Assembly: GCA_002633005.1 (NCBI GenBank)
Contig: NMRA01000439.1
Span: 310,001-374,000 of the forward strand
Source: Phoronis australis
Taxonomy: Eukaryota; Animalia; Phoronida
Direction of reading: 5' to 3'
DNA length: 64,000 nt
The translations under genes were made by a program, and so were the position numbers. A model generated the notes under the pieces. It was not told the origin of the DNA. It saw nothing but the letters and a program-made list of their open reading frames with translations, and did no database searches. Of this stretch, positions 21,651-33,539 are shown piece by piece. The stretch's first letter is position 1; each line of letters begins with the position of its first letter.

Positions 21651-24641
21651 GATAATGTTTGAGATCAATAAAAGGCAGCGGGGTTTGGGAACAACTGCTG
21701 TTTCCCAGCCGGTGTCTCGTATTGTATTGCATTGGCTGCATGTTTATGTACTCTTATGAAAAGCCATAAAGCTCTAGCATGAGCAATGTCACATTGTGAG
21801 AAACGTTTTTTTGTCCCAAACCTCAGAGCAGCACCCCATGACTGAGTTAACAGATCAGTCAAAGCATTTGGTAAAAATGTTAAACCCATGTTTCCTGACA
21901 TCTATTTACCGACAGGGGCACTTTGTGCTCAGCCAGCGGATTCAGGTAGCGCCTTTGCCGTAGTCTTATTATCTAAATTCTCATGAGAGAGACCCCTAAA
22001 CATTTATATTTAGTGGCATGTTCTAGGCCTACAAATACAAGTTTAAAAACCTCTTTACTCCTTGAACCTTTTTATCTGTTTTTGTTTGAAGATGGTTGAA
22101 GTGGAAGTTAGTTAGTAATGGTTCTTAAAACAAGAGCGAAAAATTACATAGCTATGAAAACTGGAATTTCAACGGTGAGAAATTTTTAGTAAAATCAAGT
22201 TATAAATATACAGGGACACATTTCTCTGCATCGAGTCTTGTTGCAAGACCAATCTTCTAAAACATTGTTTGTATTGAAAATGTAAGTTAATTTGTCGATA
22301 TGTCGCCGATCACGTGGTTACGGCAACTGTTTGACTCAAAAATGCAACATATATTACAACGTGGTTCAGGAATTTGAGATTTACACCGGAACCGGATGTT
22401 GTAGTTGTTTATAACAAATTCTGAGATTTTATACTTGGTCCAGGGGGAAATACACCAAATGTTGTCTCAGGGATGACCTTGGGAGACATACTACGGGATT
22501 ACTAAGGTATATTAAAATTGTGACATGAATTCTATAAACTAGTAAATAAACCTGCATCTCAGTTGTGAAATATGCGCATCATGCCTTCAAAAAAGAGTGT
22601 TTTGTGCTTTGTTGACTTGTGTGCATAGTACTTATTTATATTGAAATAAAGATTGCCACCTATAGGCGGCCTGGTTATATTTGAGAAAATAGCTTTGAGG
22701 CCCGTCGGGGTACCGGCGGAGATCTCCATGTCACGTGGCCACCTGTGAGCGGTACATGGTGGTCGTCAAACACCAACTGGTGGTTGTCACCTGAGAGGAG
22801 GCACTGGTAAATGACCGGTAATAGGACCGTCCCGGATTACACGGCGATAGATCTCTCTATTGTTATGGAGATAAGAAAGCGAGTGACCTCGTCTTGGAAA
22901 TCGGGCGCATTCCGTGTCTCTCAGTGATGTCGGGGAGGCGAAGAATTTCACATCACGCATCCACGGGCATTTGTCCAGTTTACCAATCTTTCTCACGAAG
23001 GAGTTGCAGTCCAAAGCATAACAGTATTACTTTATTAGCATTGGAAGGACGAATAAAGTACTGCGACCGAGGAAAACTTGTAAAGATTCAGACAACAACA
23101 AATAACGTGAGAAACTCCAATGGCACGAAAACGAGGCAGCACAAATGTGCCTGACCGATGTTTACGGCATTGGGGGTAAATACAGCGAGATTCCAGTGTC
23201 GCTGAGTAGACCGGGAGGGCTCCATTTCTAATCACTGTCTCCGTTCAACTCTGGCTTGTTACTTATGCAACGGCGTCAGCTATAGATCTAATTCACGCCG
23301 ACAGGAGGCGCGTTCCAAAACGAGGCTCGCTACGATAGCTCTGTTGGCTTATCGGCATAGTTGTACTCCGCGTTGCTCGAACGGCTTGAAGAAATACGGA
23401 CACTCAACTGTCTGTTTTACAATCCCTAAGGACGTTGAGATTCTGAAGTGTTGAGTCCTTGCCATACGCCGCGACGAAGGAAAATATGTCCGTGTAAAAT
23501 TTATAAATGTTTTCGAAAAGTTAGATCATTTGTCGCATCTCGGTTGCCGAGCATCGTTGCGCTGACCGCNGGCCCTACTGCCGGCCAGGCTGTGTTTTCA
23601 TGATTACGGGTTGAAACGTGATGCATTTTTCTTTCCAAAAAGGACAGGGCCCTCAATCCATCGATTTAGGGGCCAAATATCGACCCTTTTCCCCTCTCAA
23701 AAATATTAAAAAATCACGCAAATTTCCCCCCAGGAGGCCTAAAAATTCCCCAAGTCACTCATGTGATTGAAAATTTCTCCGACGATTCAAATCACCTGTA
23801 ACTACAGAGGTGACAATTTGAAAAAGCACAAAATGCTACTTGGGACAGAGCCTATGAGCGCTTGCAACAGGGCGGGGGTGCTATTGATGGTGATCGGGAT
23901 CAGGTAGATTTTTCACCTCACTCGGCGAAACCGTTTCCTTCTCAGAAGGCCGGCACANCTGAAATTGAGCTCTATAAGACGAGGTTATGCTTTGGATGAA
24001 AGAATTAGGTGTTTTAATTTTAAAAATCAACTTGGTCCAGATTGATATTTGAAAAATATAACACATGAAATAGACGTAATTATTAAAACCAAGAAAGCAG
24101 AATTGATGGTCAAATAATTTTTATTTTCAATTGCGAGCCTGGTTTTTTATCGTAATAAAAATATATAGTTAATAACATCAATTATTCTTTCAGCTCAATG
24201 ACAAATCAACCTTTAGTCCTGGTAGAGCTTACCTCACCAGGCCCGCATGAAGCTAAAAATACTCTTGATCAACAAATTAAACCAGATGTGACTAACTGCA
24301 CGTGACAGCAAAATGCGACGAGCCACCACACTGTCGAATATATCTTCAACCCGTCAGCAGATGTCCTGGTTGATGTAGAAAGCATTTTTTATCAAGAATT
24401 TATAAGTAGAAACGTAACCATGGTTATTTTACTATGAAGTGGCATAAGGCTGAGTGGTCTGCTATCCCGCTCGCTCAGTTTGTAGTCTTCACGCTCAAAC
24501 AGTGGTCACTGGCCAATGAATACGAGTGTTTTGACGATTGTCAACCTTAAAGAGGAAATGTATTTCACGTAAATAGGTCTTCGGCCCACATTAAAAATAT
24601 ATTATGAACAAAGAGTACAGGATATCCAAACCAATACTAAT

Positions 24642-25865
24642 TTACACCAACAAAACAGTTTCGAAGTTTCTCAGCATTAATTTCTTCAAGTCATTGGGCT
24701 GAAAATTTGTGATTGAAAAAAAATCATGCGCTTTGAGTACTTTTCGTCCACTGAAGTGATTCGACATTTTCGACCAAAGCAATGTTATTTTCACAGGCGA
24801 CAGTTCGAAGCAAAATGACAAACAGTCCTCGCATTTGGCCATAGACGTTGGCTTTTTCACAAACTCTTTCCTCTCCCTGGGATACACAATGCCGTCAGTG
24901 TTAACGAGTGGAACTTGAAGCTTTCTCGCAACAAAGCTTAAATAGACATCGTCGTGATCAACAGGATCCACGTATTCCATAGCAATATTCAAGTCTTTTG
25001 CAAACTGTATATTGATAATGAAAGTACCAGCTGGAGTAAGCGGAGGGAATTTGGAAAAGGGATACTTCTCGGCGGAAAGGACCAGGAGCTTACCAGTAGG
25101 GTCTTTGGATCTACGAGGTATGTACAGACCTTTGAACCATCCCAAATAGAGTCTTTTCATCTGAGCAATAGCAATTGAGCTCAGTGTCCCAGCGATGTTC
25201 CATGGGTTTAACAGAACATCGTCATCGGCAAAAACAAGATACTTGACGTTAGCACAATGCGTTGTAACCCACTGCACAGTCAATATAAATTTCAATGTTG
25301 TTTTTTCGTAGCTGTCGAAGAAATCCCATTGTAGTATATCGTTGTTAATTTCGTGTTCCTTCTTCAGGGACTTCTCCGTTGAGTCAGACGAGGATTTTGC
25401 GACAAGAAAAACTCGCTTTATTTTAATTCCAGGCAAAATGATTTCATTGCCCCAGGTTTGGCGAATAGCCTGGCGGCGATCGGCGGCAGGCGAGGTAGAC
25501 TTGATGAGATAAATCATAAAAAGTGGAAGGTTATCATCACAGAAAGAAGGATGCAAAAGGATGTCTTGGTGGACCACGTTGATTGGACGAATGTCAGTCT
25601 TGTGGCCATTCCGCACGTGGTAAATCATGTCATCCAAGTCCACATTAAGTGGGTAATGATGAAACAAATCAAGAGAGTTATTCACTGCTCCAGGATAAAA
25701 TTTGGTTCCATGTTGATCAACAATTCTTTTCACATGCCATATCTTTTCGCTTTCCAGGCTTGACATCCAACGGCTCATCTGTCTCTTCCAAAATATACAA
25801 AAAACAGTAGTGGAAACAAAAGAAACAAATAGTATTCTTAGTTTGAATTTTTTAAAAACGTACAT
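24642..25865 (-). CDS. GT31-family beta-1,3-glycosyltransferase (Galactosyl_T domain), brainiac/BRE-5-like, type II Golgi membrane protein
   Basis: 407-aa ORF with an N-terminal TM (ILFVSFVSTTVFCIFW) and motifs IKS..RRQAIRQTWG, DILQWDFFDSYEKTTLK, VFADDDV (DxD), YPFSKFPPLTPAG and DDVYL. Confidence 0.92.
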   Translation of the reverse strand: MYVFKKFKLRILFVSFVSTTVFCIFWKRQMSRWMSSLESEKIWHVKRIVDQHGTKFYPGAVNNSLDLFHHYPLNVDLDDMIYHVRNGHKTDIRPINVVHQDILLHPSFCDDNLPLFMIYLIKSTSPAADRRQAIRQTWGNEIILPGIKIKRVFLVAKSSSDSTEKSLKKEHEINNDILQWDFFDSYEKTTLKFILTVQWVTTHCANVKYLVFADDDVLLNPWNIAGTLSSIAIAQMKRLYLGWFKGLYIPRRSKDPTGKLLVLSAEKYPFSKFPPLTPAGTFIINIQFAKDLNIAMEYVDPVDHDDVYLSFVARKLQVPLVNTDGIVYPRERKEFVKKPTSMAKCEDCLSFCFELSPVKITLLWSKMSNHFSGRKVLKAHDFFSITNFQPNDLKKLMLRNFETVLLV

Positions 25866-26270
25866 CTTCGTGCAACCTCTGTATCGCTAACAGCTCCGTC
25901 GAGAAATTGCGAAAAGAAAACGCTGATAATTGATTTATGCCACTGGCCCCTGAATGTTGATGCGGGATAGGCTCGGAAATATAAGTGCATAGATCAAATA
26001 AGGGTGTGGCGCCATGATGGCTAAGGAAGGCTATAGCGCCCACCTTTTATAAGCAGCTATTTACTTAAATGGATGAAAATCAGTTAAGTCATTTAATTGC
26101 ACGTGTTTTTTACGATAAAAAATCTCTACACGTATTGTTTTAAAAAAAATGTTTAAAGAAATGCGGACGCCTTTGCTTGCCGGCCGGGTGCAAGAAAATT
26201 TATCACGGCAGACAGTGCTTTCATGGGTGGCGCATTAACGAAAATGTCTTTTCGTGTATGGTTGGTGCAG

Positions 26271-26520
26271 TGTGACATAATTCCGATTTACAGGTGACAC
26301 AAATTGGAATTATGTCTGACATAAATCCAAATTATGTCTGACCTCAATCCGAACAATGTCTGATATAAATCCGGATTATTATTTATAAAATAATTGATGT
26401 CTGATAAAGTTCTCGAATAATATCGTACATAATTCATCAATGCCAACCATAATCCTATTGATATACACCATTATTCTAAATATATCAGACAAAAATCGTA
26501 TTGATGTCTGACATAAGTAT
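26271..26520. repeat. Degenerate 22-bp minisatellite (TATGTCTGACATAAATCCRAAT)
   Basis: ATGTCTGA recurs with a 22-bp period at ~26312-26380, with further copies to ~26515. Confidence 0.7.
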
Positions 26521-27054
26521 CTCAGTGAGAACTGTCGATACATTTCTTGGTTCAGCCCGCATTCTTTGTGGTAGATTCAGTACCATGTTAATGAATACAG
26601 TTTAAAGCCGCCTAAAGTAGGTCTACCATTCATTGAAGTGTCGGTGTTTACTGAAATTTTGCTTTTTACTTTAACAAAATACATTTTGTTAGCATGCACA
26701 GGCTATCAAAAAGGTCAAGATCTTCAGTTCCCGGAAAACAAAATCCATGAAAGTTGATAACAAGACATGTTACAAAATCATTCGAACTGGGCCCTCCCTT
26801 AAACACAAAATGGCCTACTCCCTCAATCTATCAATGATGGTTTTCAACTAAAATTGTGTAAACAACGTTATAGCCACTGGGGGACCAACTAGCCTTAGTC
26901 CCATCGTTCACTGTAAAAAGCCCTCCTCCGGTCGAAACGCATTTCAATTCTCTGTTTGCCACATTGCTAATTGTAAAGTGCTCCGAGGTTGCTGCTCACT
27001 TTAGTTCCGGCCCCTAGTAGCCAACAATTTCGTCTTTGCTCCCACTGTTGAATA

Positions 27055-28570
27055 TTTATGATTGTTGTAAAACTGAGCACGAACTTTAAAAGTAGCTCGT
27101 AAGTGAACAAAGACACACTGATCCGACATTTCGGTTGATTTACTATAAAGCATTTTCACGGCAAAAGTTCAGATTATTCAATCAGGCGACGCAGATGGAG
27201 AACAGACTGTACATGTACACGTCAAAATGCATTGTGAGAGGAGAGACCAGAAATCAAAACAGTTGGAGCTCAAATGATCCAATGTTTCTATTGAGATGGC
27301 GTTCAACATGGTTCAACGGTATGCATAGCCTCCTTTAGGAGGTGCCTGATGATGGCATTATCCTTGTCTAAGATCTGAGCACCAGAGTAGTCTATAGTGT
27401 GACCAGTTGTCAATGAATTGTAGAGAACAGCACTGTGTGTGTCTTTACAGTGTTCTTTGACTCTGATGCTAAGAATCCTGTTCGTCATTCCAATGTAAAA
27501 CTGCTCACATTCAGTACAGATGAGGTGGTACACAACATGACTTCTTTGACAATTACTCATTGGTGTTTTTAGTCTAGACAATGACAAAAGTCTGTTTACA
27601 GGTTTAAAGATTGTTACAAGTTGCAAACATGGTGCAATAGCTCCAAGCCTTCTCTTAACCTACTGTTACCCAAAAATAGAAGATTGAGAAATGCTTTCTT
27701 CAATTCAGGCCCGTTACAAACACCCGCAGGTGTCTTAGACTGGTTGCGTAAAAACCTGTCAGTGAAAGATTCTATAAATGTTTTTGGGTATCCATTTTGA
27801 AACAAGATTGCTTAAAAACTCAAGTTCACGGTTAAACAAGTCGGAATTGCTACATATCTAAAAGGCCCGATTAATCAAACCAGTGACTACTTTATGGGAA
27901 CAAAACTATCCCACTTGAGGAACAAACCTTAGAAAGTCGGTTTTCTATACACTGATGTAAATAGTAAGTCATTCTGACGGTGAATTAATGCATCGAGAAA
28001 ACTAATGCAATGTGTTTGCTTCTGATTCCACGGTGTTCATCCAATCAAGAAGTGGTCTAGCCTGACTGTGATGACTAGAAGTTAGGAAAATGTTATCAAC
28101 ATAACGTTTGTAACACAATGGTAGATCAGTAGGACAGTTTTTAAGTGCCAGGTCTTCTAGACCATCCAGACATTAGCCACTACAGGGTCGAGAGGACTCC
28201 CCATAGCAACACCGTCACATTGGTCAAAGTATTCCTCATTGAATATAAAAAGATTTTCTTTAACAGCAATGCTGAGCAATTTCTGAAGTTTTGATCTAGT
28301 TAAAATACAGACAGTGTCAGTACTAGTAAAAATTTTGTCGAGGCAAACGTTTACGGTACTGTCTACAGGAATATTCGTAAACAAGCCAACAACATCGAAG
28401 CTAACCATATACAAAGCCTTTTCCATAGCCTTAATGTCATTGACGAACTCAAATGAGTCTCTAAGACAACACTTCGAATCACAGAGAGGAGTCAAGATCC
28501 TAACTAAAAACTTAGCAAGGCTGTAAGAGTAAGACCCAATACAGGATACTAGCGGTCTTAATGGAATATA
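27055..28570 (-). mobile_element. 5'-truncated, decayed Penelope-like retroelement (RT + GIY-YIG endonuclease)
   Basis: Minus-strand fragments IPLRPLVS, SFDVVGLFTNIP, DGVAMGSPL, YKRYVDNIF, QNGYPKTFI and VVYHLICTECEQFYIGMTNRILSIRVKEH, with stops and frameshifts. Confidence 0.92.
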
Positions 28571-30230
28571 AATGTGATCAATTGTAAAACTCAGTAATAT
28601 TTGTAACGATTCAACAAAAGCAAAACTAATGAGCAGCTGCTGCTATAGGAAGAACAGCAAAGCTGGACGGGGACCAGCGCCTCCTATCGACCAAACATCA
28701 AATTATCTACAACACTATGAACAGTGGTTGCAACAGGCTCTCCGCAACAAAACACATACATGTACCAAAAAGTACATCATTGGGTCGTTGTGTATTTAGA
28801 TTTTCCTTCTGAATTGATACGTTGGACTGAATTGATGAAGCTCTATTCACATAAAAACTTAGACAAGGTTATCTGATACTGCACTACTTACTTATGGGTT
28901 AAATTGACTAACGAAGTTCAAATTTTTCTAAGGTTACATTGGATAATACCGGTAATTTGCAACACCCACAGAAGTTCATTGGCTGCATTTCAAACTTGTC
29001 GCAAACTTGAAAGAAGGCCTAATTGTACCCAGGAGCATTGCAGAATGACATTATCATGGCAGTTTATTTGATCTTCGTCGATAAGTTAAATCTAGCACGA
29101 ACGTCAATGTTGAGTCCGCGCGAATCGGCAATAAGAATTCTAGTTTCATGTAAACGGCAGAAGCTCCAGTTCGACAACAACTCGATTTCGCCGAGGCACT
29201 CGATTATCCTGTTGACAGGGTTCATCCGAAAATTAAGGATGCCAACCTAATTAGGGACTGGACTAGTAAGAGAGACCCATTCATAAAATGGTCCAATGAA
29301 AAAATAATTCTGTTGTGGAGGTTACTTCATAAATCTAATTCTTTCATGGTGATTCTTGGACAATTGTCTTTTAACCACATTTAAGCTTAAGCGCAGAAGC
29401 CATGTTGTCAAGAGGGAGTACATCTTTCGAAACCACAGTTTAAAAAAAACAAAGATAATATTAAAACACGTTTGTTGAATTTTGTAGTTTGAAAACGAAC
29501 CTTTTTATAGAATTCCAAACTCCCTTAAGTATATTCTTTTTGCAGTGAATTAAATCTTGAATACACCCTTTTGTAGGGGTTTATATCGGAAAAACATCCT
29601 TTCATACGGAAAATGGTCATGAAAAAGTCGCCCTACTGAGATGCACTTTCCGTATACCTTTTCTCGGGTCGATTACTAATCGTAATCAAATATTATTGCA
29701 CAACAAAATTACTTATCAAATGACCCTCTTCGCTTTGATGACAACAGCATGCGGAAATGAAGTGGATTAGGTTCCATACCTGTCCAAAACAAGCTGTAGA
29801 TATTAACAAATAACGCCATAATTCATTGTTTAGTGGTGCACGAATTTCTCTTTTGATGGAAAATCATTAGTTCGTTCAGCTGTAGACTGTTCCTTTTTGG
29901 TCAATCTTGATGAGATAAGAAAATAGAAACGGCTGTAGTGTACACCAAAATAAAAGTATTCTGTTTGAATGACACTGCGAGCAGTAGGCCGGTGATCACA
30001 ACCCTTCGTTTAGCATCTGGAAAATGTCTCAAGTTACACCCCTTTTAACTGGTTAACTTGAGTCATTTAACATTACAATGTTGTAAAAGCATGCTCTTTA
30101 TGTTCAGGTGATTTAAATATACCCGTTGACCAATGTAGAACCAGATGTCAGAGTTATTCACCCGGCTCTCATGATACAAGAGGCTGGAAGCGAGACTACC
30201 TCACCTACAGCCCATCTCTTTAGGGCCGCC

Positions 30231-30365
30231 AGTGCCGTTTTGCTGCCGTACGCTACGGTCTCAAGCGTATTCGCGAAACACTCGCCTTTCACTCGCGTGA
30301 TTTTGCGTGGTCTTGCGTGATGTCGCTTTTTTCGCAAGAGAGTTGGCCAACGAAACGGTACTCCA
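30231..30365 (+). repeat. Dispersed repeat family also at ~18284-18402 and ~35990-36100
   Basis: Shared GCC.TTTTG..GGTCTC.AGC.TA.TCGCGAAACA.TCG.CTTTCACTC blocks. Confidence 0.55.
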
Positions 30366-32748
30366 ATCTACGTCCTAGAACTACATGTACAGAGGAGTGA
30401 CGAAACAGCACCGGAAGTAGTCTTGCTGCGACCTCCTGCGCTCGCGCTTCATCCACGGTGAGTTGACAAAGCTAAACAACAGTGCATTGTCCATTCTGTC
30501 GTCTTCAGGCTCTAAAACATTTAAAATTCATTTATGTTATTTCTACCAAACACACCTAAAGAGAAAGTAATGAATTCGCAAATGCTTCAGTTGCGAGGAT
30601 AAGTCATTGAAAATAACATCTGGGCCCCTGGTCTAATCTTTTCGAACTGGAATTAATGTTGACACTTTGTATTCTACGTCTATTTTTCTGTGATCGAATA
30701 CATTATGGTTTATGTGGATGACTGTACGATCCTAGTTTGCCCTTGGTGACCCCAGCGTCAAAGTCAGAACTCGAAATCTCTAGTTTTACCCTAGTTTGTA
30801 GCTCGAAGTAAAGGCAAATGTCACCGATAACCTTGAGTTCTAATTCGAGTACCAATGTTAGACCCTGGTCCCTGATTGTTAAGCGCAACCAGAATATGTT
30901 TCATGACTTTTGTCACATTTTCCTGAGTATAAATAACACAAGGACAATGCCATGTCGCGATAATCTGATCAGCGTTAATGACGTCACAAGATGTTTGGGC
31001 TGTATTGTACTTTTGAGGTATTCTAAGCCTGTGGGAGTGTTGTGAACCTGTGGAGTGTTGTGAGCCTTTTGGGTGTTGTCTCCCCTATACGCTCCCACAC
31101 TGCTTAGTTGGCGTCTAACGTATATTGTCACAGTCTCTACAACAGAAACTAGTGCACTAGAAAACTACCGAGACTAAATTCAGTACCATATAAAAGAAAC
31201 GATTCTGTCGTTACAGTTATTGAGAATACGTTTAAGATTAGAATTTACTAAACTAAGCAGGTTCTACGCTTATTTTAACTGACTGCATGGATGCATAAAA
31301 TTGATTGTTTACTGTACTTGCATCGTTACCAATTTCTCGATCAATTGTACCCCGTGAAGTTACAAGGCGGAACATTGATTTCGCGTTGCGGTCTACGGAA
31401 ATAAGTGAATTTAGTCTATATCATTACCATGATGGAATTTCAAAACATCCTGTCACAATAATACGACTTACGTGGAGGCTTCAAAATATGATCGTCTACG
31501 TCATTCAATAGTTCATCTATTTCGGCAACATCTCTGCAAAACATGTTATGTATATCAAACTTCGTGTAATATCTCGTCTAATGCTTACACGAAAAAGCGG
31601 AACTTGTCACATGAATGTGCTACTATAGTCTCAATTTTTTTGCCATGGGCGCCAATAAGCGTTGGAATGCGCATGCGTGGCCGACGCCTTATACGAATTT
31701 TACGGTAACACGCAAGGATTCCCAGAGGGCATCTCACGGCTCCTTTCTGAGTGACTGCAGGATAAAATCCAACCTAATGGCTTCGAGAGAGAGAGCAAGG
31801 AGGTGGAACGAAACAATGGGTCATAATAAAAGCGTATCAGCTAGCGTTCGGTCTAAAGTTGTTGCAAACGTGCCTTGTAGTTTCAATTAACTTTTAAATG
31901 AATTAAAGAGTCGAGATTTATATTTGGTTTTGCTGTCTAAAATTTGGTAGCGTTTTCATTATTTTAATGTCCCCAAACTCGTATTGTGCAGTGATTTCTT
32001 AAAGATGGTATGTTTCATTAAAACCGTAAATATTTAAATTTGTAGCAAGCGCCACCTAGTGACTTCCTAAAGAACTGTGTGTACAAGTGTATCCAGGAAT
32101 ATAGATAAATCGTAAACATGTGTGAACACACAAAAACACTAGTAATTCCAAATACTAAGCAATCATTATTTGATAGTGAAATAAACAAATAATAAAAACT
32201 GTGCCTTGTTTCACTAGGGTAACAATGAAATAGTATCGTACTCATAGTCTCCCAAAAGGAGACTTTCGCGGGATTGTATTGGTAACTTGCTCTCTGATGG
32301 AATCAGATACATCGAAGGACCCGGGATTGTTTGTTACTTAGTACTACATTTGCATATTCACAATTTAAAGAGACCATGCATCTTTAACATAATAAGCGAT
32401 AATGTGCTTGAGCAGAACAAGCTAACAGCCATCTAACTTGGGCTCGCATAAAAGTAGAACAAAAGATGTCAAAAATAATTTCAAATTCAATTTCTATTAC
32501 AAAGATTAGAGCCCAGCCACAAGCCTCAAACAATAACAAAGTGTCAGTTCTTTTGAAGCCCTGACTAACCAATTTATGACCACTTTCATAGTTTTAAATG
32601 GCCTAAATCAAAACTTGGTTTGTTGACAGAAAGCACGCGTTTACTATAGCTTTAATTTTGGGACGGTCACAAAAGTCGAAACTAACATAAGACTAGTTTA
32701 AAACACCGTGTTATCTGCATTTATACTGTAGCCAGAATGGAGTTCAAT

Positions 32749-33539
32749 ATAGATTATTACATGGCGAAGTCGTTATCCCCCGTTATCTAAAGCCCGAGTG
32801 GATTTTGGAGATTTCGGGGCGATAGCCCCGAGGGCGATAACTCTCCAAAATCCACGAGGGCTCTAGATAAGGAGGATAACGGCTGAGAACATGTAATAAT
32901 CTATTTATACCACATACTAAACGAGAAACATTGCAATGAATCGATTTACCTTTTCTGACTCTCCAGGGCTTTGTAACTACTTTCTATGTCAGAGGCCCGG
33001 GGTCGGAGGTCGTGACCTTTTAAGAAAAGCCGGGCTATTTTTGTCAAATAATGCTTTTACTCAAAACCAATTGAAAACTCAAATATAATAGAAATAAATT
33101 GAATTTATAAATTAAGGTTTACCAANGTAACTGAATATAGTTCTCAAGTCAAAGATCCTGACGACAAGATACCCGCATTCAAACTGGAGATCGGTGATTT
33201 ACAAGTAAGAGGACATGAGAGAAAAAATTCACTGAATTAAGATATCATTTTTATGGAAATTATTTGTCTTATTTTTCTTAGCGTATAAGTACAGTACAAT
33301 GCGGTTTGTTGAACGTGCGATTATTGCGCGTGCTCATTTAAGTATTCTATTTTCGCTCTTGATGACGTCAGTCGCTACATGGTGTACTGGTAAAGTCGGC
33401 GACCAGCAATTTCTAAGGTCCCGGGTTCGACTCCGTCCTCGGTTTCCCGCCAAATTGTTATCTCACTAGTGACATAACTTTATGGGTTATTTTATTACAC
33501 GGTTGTATCTGCCATTTGACGCTAATATTGTGGTATAAA
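32749..33539. mobile_element. Foldback-headed element: 156-bp branched palindrome plus TTTATACCACA/TGTGGTATAAA inverted repeat
   Basis: ATAGATTATTACATG..CATGTAATAATCTAT, GTGGATTTTGGAGA..TCTCCAAAATCCAC and inner hairpin CGGGGC-gata-GCCCCG. The 11-bp IR is at ~32904-32914 and 33529-33539. Confidence 0.6.
33373..33445 (+). repeat. tRNA-derived (SINE head-like) module with Pol III A and B boxes
   Basis: A box TGGTGTACTGG (33380-33390) and B box GGTTCGACTCC (33424-33434) at tRNA-like spacing; the acceptor stem does not pair. Confidence 0.55.

Noticed and set aside
26271-26520. CRISPR or iteron array
   Set aside because: Contiguous degenerate 22-bp minisatellite without spacers.
30953-31215. Solo LTR (TGTCGCGA..TCGTTACA)
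   Set aside because: Weak terminal IR and no TSD.
33373-33445. Functional tRNA gene
   Set aside because: A and B boxes are present but the acceptor and anticodon stems do not pair; treated as a tRNA-derived repeat.
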